From: Vicugna vicugna
Lineage: Eukaryota
Assembly (NCBI GenBank): GCA_013265495.1
Contig: MU058718.1
Location: 4,140,678 to 4,173,935, forward strand
Direction of reading: 5' to 3'
Length of the DNA stretch: 33,258 bases
The notes beneath the pieces are model-generated. The model did no database searches and was not told the DNA's origin. It saw only the letters and a list, made by a program, of their open reading frames with translations. This document shows, piece by piece, positions 13,263-25,738 of the stretch (positions within the stretch are counted from its first letter, which is position 1; each line of letters begins with the position of its first letter). Made by a program: the position numbers and the translations under genes.

Positions 13263-15149
13263 ATTGTAGTAGGGATGGAATTACTTTACATGTGGGTACT
13301 GGGGAAATGTGTATAATGCACGTTGATTTTTTATCTGTTCTAGTGCGAAATCTGGGCATCTTTTTGAAAGTTTAGGGCCCATGTGAACATCACTGCCCCA
13401 TCGTGGTGGGAATGGCACCTGGAGTGAGAGAAAGCTGAGAGCACTGTGACACAGTACTGTTAGTTGACCAAGTAAGCAATTTTAGAAAGAAGAAGAAAAT
13501 ATGATGGAAGGAAAACTTTTGTTTGCTGTTCATTTTTATGGTTCTAAAGCAAATGCCATGAGCATTAAGAGGCCAGCAGAAACAGGAAACTCTCACTTGC
13601 AAATAGGGGAGCCTGGTCTTGCTGGCTGCAGCTCCGTGATTCCACCACTCTGGACCTTTGACCAGTTCCTTTTTATGTGCTGCTTATCTCTGCTAAACTG
13701 AGACCAGTTAAGGAGCAGGTAAAGTATAGCAGCCGGTCATTTTTCTGAAGTCTGGGGCTTGATATATCTGCGTAACTATTTCCAGAGTTTACATGTATTA
13801 ATCCTAAAAGAGCAAGGTGACTGTAAAATACTTGTGTAGCAGTTGCCTCCTAGGTAAGCGATCTTTTACCATGTGATCAGTGTGTATGGTGGGAAGTGGG
13901 AGCTTAGCCTAGCTCATCCCCCAGGCTGTGTCTGAAACAGACAAGAAGGAGAGTCAGAACCAGGAATTGTATCTGCTTCTCCATCAACCAGTGTAAAATA
14001 GGTGCTTAACTGCATCATATTAAACCTTCAAGGCCTTTTACAGCTGATGGAAAAGATTGTCATGAACACTAAATAGCTGGTCTTACTTTTTAGAAATGTT
14101 TATTACTTACCTATAATTCACTAACTTACTTTGATAAAGAATAAGTTCACACTTTTTGATGTTCACAGGACAGAAAACAGTGATATTTCTTCTTTGCAAA
14201 ACAAAATTAAGGCCTTTGAAAAAGAGCTGTTCTAGATTCAGTTCTTACAGAGTTAAATGTTGAGTGCATTTAGTTATTTTAAGTCACTGGCTGTAATGAA
14301 AGACCACTGGCAGTCTGTTAAACTCTTGATGGGTCAGTGCTTTTAAATACTCTGGAGTAATTTTTTAAAGGTGAGCTTTTTTATTCTAAGTTGTTAATCT
14401 CCTAAAGTCCAGGTATTAACAGTCTGAGTTCCAGGTCCATGTGTTGGCTCATCAATGCCTTAATAAATCATTGCCAGAGTTATGTGTATTCAGTGCAAAC
14501 AAACCCATGTATCTAGTCAGCATCTGACCTTGTTCTTTTAGGAATGTGTCCTGAAACTGCTTGTACTGCATGTACAGTACAGCTGTGTATTAGCGTGCAC
14601 CAAATATAAATAGCATGTTTTATCCAAAACTTAGATGAGAAGCTTTATATTTACATTCCAAATGAGTGTAAAGAGTTATCTCTTGGCGTATAATTCACAT
14701 TGAACATAGTCCTGGTTTCTTGAAACTTAAAAACAGGAAAAACTAGTTTCACACTCCCACGAATAGTAAATGTTTAACCAGAGAATGCCTTCGGATTTCA
14801 GTGACCTTTATGAATGTAAGTACAGTGTACTTTTAAAGTGGCTATCTTATTTCGAAATCTTGTCGCAAGGATTCTGTCGTTCAAAACTCTCTCTTCAATC
14901 TCAAGGGTATCTCTGACATCCACATTCAGTCTGTTACTTTCTGTCTGAAATGAGTGTCTGGTTGTCAACCTGAGATTCCAAGGAACTGAGAACAGTAGAG
15001 GCATAGTGTGGCTCTTAGGAACAAAATTCCAAATTAGCTCTGGAAGACAGCCCCAGATCTGTTCTAAATCCACTCGCCTTCCCTTTATGCACCCAAACTT
15101 GAACATTCTGTTTTTCTCTGAAGGAGAAAATGGCTCCCTTGACAATACC

Positions 15150-15272
15150 TAATCTAGCTGTATGTCCTTGGGCAAGTTATATTTTCTGAAAGTTAATGTC
15201 CCTCTCTGTAAAATGAGAATGCTGTCTCTTGGATAGCACTGTGGTGATGGTTAAACTAGACAATATATGTAG
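15150..15272 (+). mobile_element. MIR core fragment
   Basis: CTAGCTGTATGTCCTTGGGCAAGTTA...CTCTGTAAAATGAGAAT. Confidence 0.7.
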
Positions 15273-15944
15273 ACAAGCGTAGGGAAGAAGTCATCTCCCC
15301 AGCATAAGCCTCAGCTTTTTCACTCTGGGTATTCAGACTGGTAAACTACACACTAGAGATGTGAAAAAAAAGTCATCCCTAGTGAACAACACATAATGTG
15401 GTCCAGAAAAAGCAAAAGCCTCGATTGTTGGAAAGGAGGGATTCCAAGTGTAGCAGCATGCCTTTCATTTACTTTTGCCCCCACCCCGACTTCTTCACCC
15501 TTTTAGACTCTGCCTTCATCACAGGAGGGGCGGAGAAGACTCCAGGGTTGCTCTTACTAGATGTCCTGTGTTAGTCAGCTATAAGGCACTACTGATTTGG
15601 TACTTCCCAGCAGAATGTAATACCAAAACGAATCAACAGTGAAAAACCAGAGACAGAGCCCCCTTTGAAGCCACGAAGGTCCTAGTGCAGCAGACCAGCA
15701 GAGGCTGCAGAGGGCAGGAGCAGAACTTGGCAGGGAATTTCCTGAAGACTCCTCGGAATCCGGTAAAGGGGGCAGCAAGTAAAAACAGAGCTTGTCACTG
15801 CCAAAGTTCTTCCACGTTTAACCTGAAGTTCAAGTCCCACATGTAAAGTGTCTAGAACAATACCCAGTGTAAAAGATCCTCAGTACATTTAAATTCTCTT
15901 CCCTTCTTATCACATCCACCCTTCCTGACTTGTCTAAAACATTT

Positions 15945-16720
15945 GGCACATTTGTTCACTCGTAATTCAGTCAACTAACAGATACTGTGGTAGGTCCTAG
16001 ATACACGTTGGTACTCTGTTAGGTGTGAGGGGCAGATAAATCAGTAATATGCAATCCATATGCTTAAGCTGCTCACTCACCCATAATATGATAGACATAT
16101 GCAAAAATAATTGCCACTGTGGGAGAAGTAAAATAATAAAGGTATAAATTAGCCACAGGGGCAGTATAAAGGAGATATGGTTAACTCTGCCGGGATTGAT
16201 CAGGGAATATTTCACAAGAGGACCATACAGTTGATATTTGAAGGATGAATTGGAATCTGTTGGACAACTTGCCGGGTATTCTAAACAAACACCTGAAGCT
16301 GCCTCAAATGTGGTGGTTTCAGTGTTGTTGAAACATAGGGTAGTTGTAGCAAGTGGTTGGTACGCAGGAGGGCAGGAGAGGGACGTGGAGAGTCTTGGAT
16401 GCTGTATCCACCAGTCAAATTGGGTTCTATAGGCAATGAGAGGCTATTAGACTGGGAAATCACTTGGTCAAATCATTTTAGAAAGATCATTCTGACAGCA
16501 ATCTGGGTTGTGGGGGTGCGGTATGAAGCATGAAGCAAAGAGATCAGGAAGGAAGCGTTAACAATTGTCTAGGCAAGAGGAATTGGCAGAGATGGGGGTG
16601 GGGTGAACTCATACAGTAGCAGTGAGAATGGAGAGGAAGGGATGGATTCAAGATCCATTGTGGACCTAGACTAAACAAGAAATAGTCATGTAGGTGTTGA
16701 TGGAGCATCCTGGAGTCAAG
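15945..16720 (-). mobile_element. L2 LINE 3' fragment
   Basis: Starts with a CATTTGTTCACTC..ATTCAGTCAAC-type L2 tail, followed by a purine-rich body (TTTTAGAAAGATCATTCTGACAGCA, GTGAGAATGGAGAGGAAGGGATGGATTCAAGA). Confidence 0.65.
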
Positions 16721-18599
16721 GTCTGCCCCATCCACATAGTACCCTTGTGCTATGTGGGTCCCTTTTCTTTAAAATACTTTCTGTTGGAAAAGCAATGTAA
16801 TATACTATTAGAATTCTAGAATTTACTGCCATTTGTCAGAAACTTGTCGTGTATACAAATTGTACAACTTTGGAATCAACAGTTTTAATTTTTTGCTTTA
16901 ATTTCACAACAGTAATATCTACAGTGTAGATGGTGTTACCTTCCAGTGTTGCTCTTCTCAGTACACAGCCTGAACCACCACACACTGTAGCCCTGGTTAG
17001 ATATAATGTAACAAGTAGCTAAATATATAGGTTTGAGGACAGAGGAGAGAGTGGAGAGCAAAAGATGAGGTCTTACAGATCACCGTGAATATACAGATTG
17101 AAAAAAACATTCAAGATAAGACCCTGGGAAATTCAAGGAATAACTGGAAAAAAGGAACTAATGAAAAAAATCTTGAAAATATCTTCTCCCTTGGCTTCAG
17201 GGGCAAGCAGTTCTCACATATGTTGCTGGTTGTATAACTCCCATTTGTGTACTTCGTACACTGAGACCTCCAACCTGCCTTTCATGTCCCAAATTCAAAT
17301 TTTGTACACTTGTACTTAGATCAACACAGTGATGCCACCTGCCAGTCAACAGTTTAGTTGTCCGTGGTTCAGCAGTGCTTGGACAGTTATTTTAAAACTG
17401 GCTCCTTATTCCGGAAGACTTAGAGAAGACCAAAAAAAGAATATGTTGTTACTAATGATAAGAAGTTCTGTCCTCAAATGAATACAGGTTACACCAGAAT
17501 GGAAATAACAGGGGCTCAGAAAGCCTTTAATCAGTGGCTGCTCATTGGACTCTGATTGTGAGTCCACCTGGGAGGACTGCCGGCCCAACACTGGGAACAG
17601 CGATGCTGAACATGGGAGTCTATTCGCTTCCTCTGGGGATGGAACACCCCTCCTGTTTGCCTTAAGTAGGTTCAACTTTCTCCCCTCCGCCCAGGGTCTG
17701 GCTGCTCCTTGTCAGTCATCATGCTTTGTTCCTTCTCCTTCTCTGTTGCCTGCCTCCCAGCGCCGCAGAATTCAGTCCTTTGACGGCTCACCTCTGTCCT
17801 CTCCACAAATCTTGCAGGTCTCCTGATTCCATCCGCAAGCTGATTGTAGGTTCCTCTCTGGCCCTCTGGCTCTGACCTCTCCCGTAAGCTCTGGCCTTGC
17901 CTCTTCAGTTGCCTGCCTGGTAACTTCTCTGCTCGCCCAACCAGCACTAAGTCCAGCCTTACCCCCCTTCCTGCTTTTACTGCCGTCGCCTCAGGCCAGG
18001 CCTCGTTCCCTCTAATTTAGGCTCTTGTAATGTGTCCCACTTCCAATATCTCTCCACGCACATCTGTGCAAACAATGGTGGCAGAGCATTCTCCTGACCT
18101 GGAGTTCCAAACTGTTCAACATCCTGCTGAAAAACCTCACCAGAGCCCACCAGGTTAAGTAGAAATGCTGGTATCCAGTAACCTCTTCAGGGTATCTCCT
18201 TTTACTTCATTCTTGCTCTTTGACCAAAATGGACTTTTCTGGATACACACAATGTGCTTCACTGCTTCTGTCTTTGCTCATGATCTTTTCACATAGTGGA
18301 TAACTGTAGCTATGACTTACGTCCTCCATCAGACCTTCTCCCAGCCCACTGATAAAGACCAGATTTCTGTCCGAGAACTCGCCACGCTGACCCCTCTGCC
18401 TGCCCCATGACCGAGCCCAGCCGAATCGCCTCACATCCCCAGGCACTGTTCAGAGGTGGGTGTCTCATGACCCATGCTAAACCCACAGAGCCCTCCTGGA
18501 AAAGACGTACTTCCCCTTTCCTGGGGTAGCTTATGCTAAGAATAAAATAAAAACCCCAAAATAAAAATCAACACAGACGAAAACAGAATCTAGATGCAA

Positions 18600-18750
18600 A
18601 GAAAGAAAACGTGTTTGAGCCTCGGAAAGCAGCCATACCTGAAGCCAGCTGCACCCTCTGGGCTCCCAGTTGTATAACCTAGTTAAGTATGTTCTGCTGG
18701 TTTGGGTTTGGGTCTTTCTTCCCTGCAGTGGAGCAAGTCCTAACTGACAG
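18600..18750 (+). mobile_element. Old MLT1 (J/K-like) LTR 3' end
   Basis: CAGCCATACCTGAAGCCAG...TTTGGGTTTGGGTCTTTCT...GCAAGTCCTAACTGACA. Confidence 0.6.
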
Positions 18751-21064
18751 AGCCTTCAAATTTTTCTGTCTTTCAAACCCGACTCCTATCTTATTATTCT
18801 TCTCAACCATTACTTTTCCCAAGAAGTAATCTGCTTTTTAACTCTATTTTGTCCAGAAAACCAGCCAAGTCATCTTGGCAGTTGATTTACAAGCTCCCTA
18901 GAATAGTGTCGGTTGCTGATCATACTGTGGAAATCTTAAACTATCAAACTACAGAAGTACATGTAAAACTACTCAGAAAGCAAGTGAAGAAATAAAAACC
19001 ACTGTGGGAGTGGTTTAGCAGTGTTACACGAGAGCGAACTCACCACCTTTGCACCCGGAAAATGTTCAAGCCTCCCGCTCTCTGTCCCCATCATGGGGTT
19101 ATTATTTAGAGTTGAGAAAATGATTTGTTGAGAAAAATGAATTGCTTGGGAGAGCGGGTAGATTCTGGGGCAGGACTAACCCCTGCGGTTAGGGGGCTGC
19201 CTGAAAAGTAGAGGGAGAGTTACAGCATGTATTAGGACAGGTCTGAGATCCGGAGAGCAGGACTAGGTTAAAAATTTACTTGCTGCTTTCCTTGGGTTAA
19301 AGGGAAAGCCTACATTTAGTGCAGAGTTTTTATTTTTTACCTCTTTTATTGTAATTCCTTTTAGATATGTGACTTTCAGGAGAGTCTGACACCTGGGTCT
19401 AGCCTCTGTGTGGTGGCAGAAAGTGAAGAGGCCAGTGTAAGAAACATACTTGCCCTGCCTTCACCCTGTGGGGGTGCCCACAGGAAGAGTAGCATAGGGA
19501 CAGGTCTGGAAGGGCCTGGCCAAGCTCAATAGATGGACAGGGCAGAGCTGGGCTAGGGAGGGTTTCCCGAATGATCCCTGACTCTCACAAGGGCTACTTT
19601 ATGGAAGACATAAGTCAACCATTCACTTACTGTTCCCACAATAGAGATCTGGATTAATTTTGAAGGCAGCTTTGATGATTGACAGATGATTGGCTGCAGC
19701 TGTAGGAGAATTAAATTACCAACCAATAGGAAACCAGATTAAATGTTAGGTTGCATACAGATGGGCTTGGGACTGTCAAATTTAGTGTAAATTTTACCTT
19801 CCTTTATCATGCTTAATGTGATCAGGGCTAACGTAAGACCCAAGCTAGTAGCTAATATTGCCACTTAGCAATTCAGGGCTTTACTTTAGATAAAGATCTG
19901 TACCCAGACCCGTGAAATGTGAGCAGAGAGTATGGTGGGGTGTGTGTGTGTAAGAAAGGGTAAAGGCTGAGAGTAGGTTCATAATTAACTGGTAAAAGTC
20001 TAGAGGAATGCCACAGCTTTATTTTTCTTACCAGTGACTCTGGAGTACAGGTATAACTTGCCAGATAGCCTTGAAAAATGTCATCGTTATTCTGTAGCAA
20101 AAAGAATAACATTGTTTGCTGTCCTTCCACGGGGACCCTAGCAAGGAGAATGGGCTTCTGTAAAGAGAAAGCCCAGTACTTTAGCCTCCTCAGCCTCCTC
20201 TGGTAGGGATGAGGATGGAGTGGCTCCAGCTTGTGCATCTCCCCAGAAACACTGCTCCAAACACAGGAGAGTTCCCACAACTCTCTGGACTCACCTGTGA
20301 GCTCCCACAGCGTTCTGCTACCATCTTTCCAAACAGTCAATGCCAAGTGTTGACTGTGATTAGGACACTGGCCCCCTCAGGTCACCCTGTCCCTCTCCTG
20401 ATTAAAGATTTGCTTTAGCACTGTTCAATGGAGGCATCCTGGGCTGGATGGAAGCCAGAGGGTGAAGGCCAAACTCCTGTCTCTGCTGTTGACGAGCAGC
20501 AAGTGCACGCGCGGGTCCCTTGTCTGAGTGTGTTTCTTCATCTGTCAGATGTGGGTGGTGGTGGTGGTGACAACGACCTTTGTTCTGCCTACCCACAGAG
20601 GAGCACTGACCCTCCCCAGGTTCGGAAGTCCCCCCATGCTTTCCTTCTGCAGCATGTCCCTTGCTGGCCCCCCGTCAACCAACTGCTGCTCTTGTTTCAG
20701 TAGGTGATCATGGCATTGGGTGCTTTTCTCTCTCAGCGAACAGTTTGATAGTCTTAATCCCATTAAATTTTGGTTCACACTGGCTTTACATCAGCTCTTA
20801 ATCTATATGCCCAATAGTTAATTCTCAGAGGATTCAACAAAGTATCATTTCCCATATGGCCAACTTGTCAAATTTACCAAAATAACCACTTTACTGGAAG
20901 CTTATTTCAAGGAGTCTCTCTATATGAATATATTCATGCATATATTTTTCTAAAATATAGTCAGTGAATATAAATATATTCTTCATACAGAGTCAATGAT
21001 TATGAAGATGTCCAATAAATTGGAATCTATTTCTAATGTGAACACAGTTAATAAATACATATTT

Positions 21065-21438
21065 TTTATGGGCTGAATTGTGTGCCCCTAAAATTCTCAT
21101 GTTGACGTTCTGACCCCTAGTACCTCAGAATGTGACTGTATTTGGAGAAAGGGTCTTTAAAGAGGTAATTAAGTTAAAATGAGGTCTAGGATGGGCCCTA
21201 ACTCATAATATGACTGGTGCGCTTAGAAGAAGAGGAGGTCTGGACACAGGCAGGGGGAAGATGATATGAAGACACAGAGAAGGCGGCCATCTGCAAGCCA
21301 AGGAGGGAGGCTCAGGAAACCAAACCTGTCAACACGTTGATCTTGGACTTCTAGCCTCAGGATGTGAGAAAACAAAGCTATTGTTTAGGCCATCCAGTCT
21401 ATGCAACTTTGTTATGGCAGCCCTAGCAAGCTAACAGT
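21065..21438 (+). mobile_element. MLT1B-like MaLR solo LTR
   Basis: TATGGGCTGAATTGTGT.CCCC.AAAATTC...CCTCAGAATGTGACTGTATTTGGAGA.AGGGTCTTTAAAGAGGTAATTAAGTTAAAATGAGGTC...CTTTGTTATGGCAGCCCTAGCAAGCTAA. Confidence 0.9.
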
Positions 21439-21939
21439 AATCTTGTAGGTGTATTTCATTAGCATTTTAAGGAATCTTCAGTTTTCCAGAAGGCTTGAGT
21501 TAGAGTAAATTAGACTTCTCATAAATACAATCAAGCAGAAGGTATTCCTGTAACATATTGAAAGTCTTAACATAAAAAATGTGTTCAAATTCATTGACTT
21601 TTCAGGAAGAACATTTCTTAAAACGAGATTTTGATAAATGTAGCAGATGGGTCATTGATCTCTAGCAAGTCTGGCTGCTTCCCCTGTGTGTGGGTGTGAT
21701 CCAACTGTCCTCTGTGCAAAGAGGCTGGCAGTGCAGGACCTGGGGGTCCGTAGTGGAAATTCTCGTTGCACGCTGAGTGCACGCCAGGCACTGTGCTGGA
21801 TGCCTCCCCAAATGTGATTCCCTGCACAGCAGGATCGGGAAATAGACAGGTATCCCATGGTACATACGAGAACATCAGAACTTAAAATGGTTCAATAACT
21901 CCTCAAGGTCATAGAGCGAATCATTAGGGAGAACATTCT

Positions 21940-22150
21940 CTAGTTGTGATAGATCTAGGTATAAGTCCCAGCTCTGCTGTGTCCCACCTGTGTGACCTAA
22001 GGCTTACCTTCTCTGTACCTCGGTTTCTTCATTTGTAAAATGGGATCAATACTGCTATTCACCACATGAGATTGTTGGGTGGAGTAAATGAAATAATAAA
22101 TATGACAGAACCTGGCACATACAAAGTCCTCAAATGTTAGCTACTACTAT
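21940..22150 (+). mobile_element. MIR SINE
   Basis: AAGTCCCAGCTCTGC...CTGTGTGACCT..GG...CCTCGGTTTCTTCATTTGTAAAATGGGAT...CCTGGCACATA...AAATGTTAGCTA. Confidence 0.8.
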
Positions 22151-22274
22151 GAATTTAGGAAATATGAAGAGTAAATATAACACCAGACATTATACAGCAA
22201 TGTTTACAAACTGCTTTCAGTTTTTTAAATGAAGAAATCAAGGCTGAGAAAAGGACTCAGTTGGGGCCCTCAAA

Positions 22275-22467
22275 TTTTTTGTTCTGTTTAGACCTTCAAC
22301 TGATTGGTGAAGCCCACCCATACTAGGGAGGGGAATCCGTTTTTACTGAAAGTCCACCAATTTAAATCTCAACCCCAAACCCCTCACAGAAACGTCCAGA
22401 ATAACGTTTGGCCAAATATCTGGGCACCGTGGCCCAGCCAAGTTGACACATAAAATTAACCTGCACA
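22275..22467 (-). mobile_element. MLT2B-like ERVL LTR 5' fragment
   Basis: Reverse complement reads TGTGCAGGTTAATTTTATGTGTCAACTTGGCTGGGCCACGGTGCCCAGATATTTGGCCAAAC, the MLT2 start. Confidence 0.85.
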
Positions 22468-24414
22468 GTGTCTTTGCCCAGAAGAATTAAGAATATCCTG
22501 AGAGAGCCTATGTGTGGCACTTACCCAAACCTCTACTCCCCAGATGTCCTGGAGAAGGTTGAGTCTTTGAGTCCTACTCTCCCATCCTGTCTCCTTCAGA
22601 GGAAAAATGCTCTAGTGAAACAATGAACTTAGTTTCATTTTCAGTGTATTCACTTGTATCAGGCTGGTAGTGTTGTGGGTGAACTTTTTTTTCTTTTTGT
22701 CATTTCTTTTGATATGGTTGTAATATTTTAATTATATATTAACTGTAAGCTTGCATGCAACTTAATGAACCAGGGGGAAAAATGTGTTTATAATCTCTTT
22801 AATTATACTACTTGTTTAAGGTTTGCTTAAGCATTGCTTATTTTTTAAAAAATCTATTTTATTGAGGTAATGACTTAAGAAATAGAGGTGAAATCAATTT
22901 TATTTACCGATGACTTCAAAAATAGATTTTTAAACACTCTGTATTTATGGAGAGATGGTAAAAAAATGAAAAGCTAAATACTTCATAAACTAAAGGATCA
23001 CCATCTTGAGTATCAAGGAAAGGACACAGCTTGGAGACCAGTCTAAAGTGCAGGGGCAAAAATCAGCCTCTTAAGGGTTAAAACTATAAAACAGAAACCG
23101 TAAGGCAACAGCTTTGTGGCAGTGTTCAGATTACTGTTATTATGAGGCAAGCTTGCTAAGGTCAGTAAGTAGAAAGTCTCAGCTAGTAAACAGTGCAAAT
23201 AATAATACTCCGAGGCACGTCAGAGAAAGGACTCTTAATAAAAACTGAATACCTTATATTTACATGGCACTCTGAGATTTTTAAAGGTCTTTCATTTCCA
23301 TCAGTCTGATTTGATCCTTGCAAACCACCCCTTGCTGTGGGAAGGCCAGCTATCATTCTTCCCATTGAGACTGGGTGATATGGCTGTGAAGTGGCAGGGA
23401 GCAGAGCAGACCAGACCAGATGGGCTTTCTTCTGCGTCATAATCAGACCAGCATCTGTGTTGGATACCTGGGACTCACCGCCAGGTACAGGGGTGGGTGG
23501 AAGAGAACAGTGGACAGAAAAACACATCATAGCTATTCTTGGTAATTGACCCACCTCAAAGAAAACCAGAGCCCATTCAAAATGGCATTACCTAATTTGA
23601 TTTTGAGATTTTGCATCATATAAATATGCAGGCCTGCCCAAAACTGGTAAAGGCAGAAGAAAAATAAAAGGGAATGAGCACTTCCACACAATTTACAGAC
23701 TACTGCCTTTCTCACCACCACCAGCAACAAAAAATCTCCCAAGCCTTGAGGAATGGAGGTGGAGGAGGGTGAGGGGAGGTGCATTGATGGTGACAGGTTT
23801 TCTCCCAAGAGGAGGGAATCACACCCTTGGAGCTGTGAAAAATGAATCATGTCTTTTCTGTCAAGACTTAGCACAGATTTGCTGGGAAATTTGTCATTGA
23901 GGATACAATAGAGATGACTGTCCTTTTTGGTAGCATAGCATTTTCTAGAGGAAACAGTGTAAATTAATTTGGAGATTAAATTGAGAATTAAAATGAAAAT
24001 TAAAGGTGTTTCCTGTGGCTTTTGTGGACTGTGTTCACTTCTCAGGAGGTCAGCATAGCCACCCAGTTGAAAGAGAAAATGACAGATCTGTTTGCAAAAG
24101 CATAAAGGGGTGGCATTTTTGGTCCCACCTTTCATGCCAGGATCAGGGTCTTCTCTTCAAAAGAGCAGTGAAGAGCATCTTCCAGCAACTCTTGGTTTAT
24201 AAGGCACTTCCATGTGCATCATTATACTTCAGCTTCACTGAAGCACATTTATGGTACCTGTCTTCTAGGTAAGATAGTTTAAGGTCACAGCTGAGGGCAC
24301 ACATTGGTGGGCTTCTTGCTTAAAGCCCACACTCTCTCCACTTCATCTCAAGATAGACCCTCAGTCTGTAGATAGGAGCAGAGTGGTTGATGTGATTTCT
24401 CGTTGGCTCCATGT

Positions 24415-24507
24415 TAAGGTGACCAACCGTCTCAATTTGCCTGAGACCGTAAGGTTTTTCCAGGATGTGAGAGAGGCCTGGGCAAATTGGGATACCTAGT
24501 CACCCTA
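24415..24507. mobile_element. MER81/MER94-like hAT-Blackjack MITE
   Basis: TIRs TAAGGTGACCA...TAGTCACCCTA and internal inverted segments CAATTTGCC/GGCAAATTG. Confidence 0.7.
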
Positions 24508-24879
24508 AGTAGTATATTTCCAGAAGTCCTCATAGGAGATTCTTCCAGAGTCACATTGAGTGCTAAGATTTTTTAAGAGTTCAGAGCTATGTATGCTTGG
24601 GATTTGCATATAATTTCCTCCTGCTTAAGCAATATTTGCAGGCATTTTAAAATTTAACATTTCGCTACTCTCCTAAGATTGTCATTTTGACTATTTTTCT
24701 CTTACTTTTTCTTCCTTCCTCGTTATTGTTGTCTCAAATCCCCAAGGGGCATATGGAGAGGAGGAATGCAAACAGGGAGAAAAATAAGTGAAGAAGAACG
24801 TTGGCTCTCATTTTGAAAATGTGGCTTTGGTGGCAGTATGTTGAGGACTTATCTGTAACAGTCATTCTCAGACTTGAGT

Positions 24880-25338
24880 ATGGCGGCAGACAGCCTCTAA
24901 GATGGGCCCAGGTGATTCCTGCTTCATGATGCTCTTGGTATGGACGACCTTGTGTAATTCCCTCCCCTTGAGTAGTCCGGATTTGGATCTGTCTTGAGGA
25001 GTCTGTCTTTCTCTCTCCCCACCCCCACCGGCCTCACCCCTCAGCCATCCTTAGTTCTGGGAAAAGCCAGCAACCCATGTGGTGAGGAACTGATGTTTCC
25101 AGCTAATAGCCAGCCACAGCCTGAGCTTGGCAACAGATTCTTTAGCACCAGTGCAGTCCAGAGATGTTTGGAGCCTGAACCGACACCTTGATTGCAGCGT
25201 CATGGGAGACCCTTAGCCAGGATCACAAAGCTAAATCAATCCCAAATTCCAGACCCATGTGAACTGAAATAATCAATGTTGGTTGTTTTCAGCCTGTGTT
25301 TTAGGGAAATTTATTTAAAAGCAGTAGACATCTGATAG
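24880..25338 (+). mobile_element. MLT1F-like MaLR LTR
   Basis: GGCAGACAGCCTCTAAGATGG...CCTTGTGTAATTCCCTCCCCTTGAG...ACACCTTGATTGCAGC...CCCAAATTCCAGACCCA...GCAGTAGACATCTGATA. Confidence 0.8.
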
Positions 25339-25339
25339 A

Positions 25340-25470
25340 AACGTGCATCAGAATCACCTAGATAACAACTTGATAAAATGTATATTTCTGGGTCCTACCT
25401 TTGGAAATTTTATTCAGGAGACGTGGCTTGAAGTCTTTGCTGCTTCACCAGAAATCCCAGGAGAATCAGA
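25340..25470. mobile_element. MER5-family fragment
   Basis: GTGCATCAGAATCACCT...TTTCTGGGTCCTACC. Confidence 0.5.
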
Positions 25471-25556
25471 ACTGAACAGATTTCTGCTTGAGAGCACACA
25501 GCAAGAGTAAACACTCCCTGGGAAGGCCTAGCAGGAGGGAAGATTGTAAGGGGAGT

Positions 25557-25738
25557 ATGGTTGCCAGATAAAATACAGCACACCCAGTTCTATTTGAATT
25601 TCAGACAAATAGCAAAAACTGTTTTAGTATAAGCATGCCCTTTGCAGTACTGGGGACATGTTTATACCGAAACATTTGTTATCCGAAATTTAGATACAGC
25701 TGGGTGCTCTGTATTTCTATTTGCTCAAAACCATCTGA
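25557..25738. mobile_element. MER53 palindromic hAT MITE
   Basis: GGTTGCCAGATAAAATACAG.ACACCCAGTT.TATTTGAATTTCAGA...TAGTATAAGCATGCCC...GGGACATGTTTATAC...CTGGGTGCTCTGTATTT. Confidence 0.85.

Noticed and set aside
19873..20346. 157-aa minus-strand ORF
   Set aside because: Non-ATG start, no domain, no convincing exon context.
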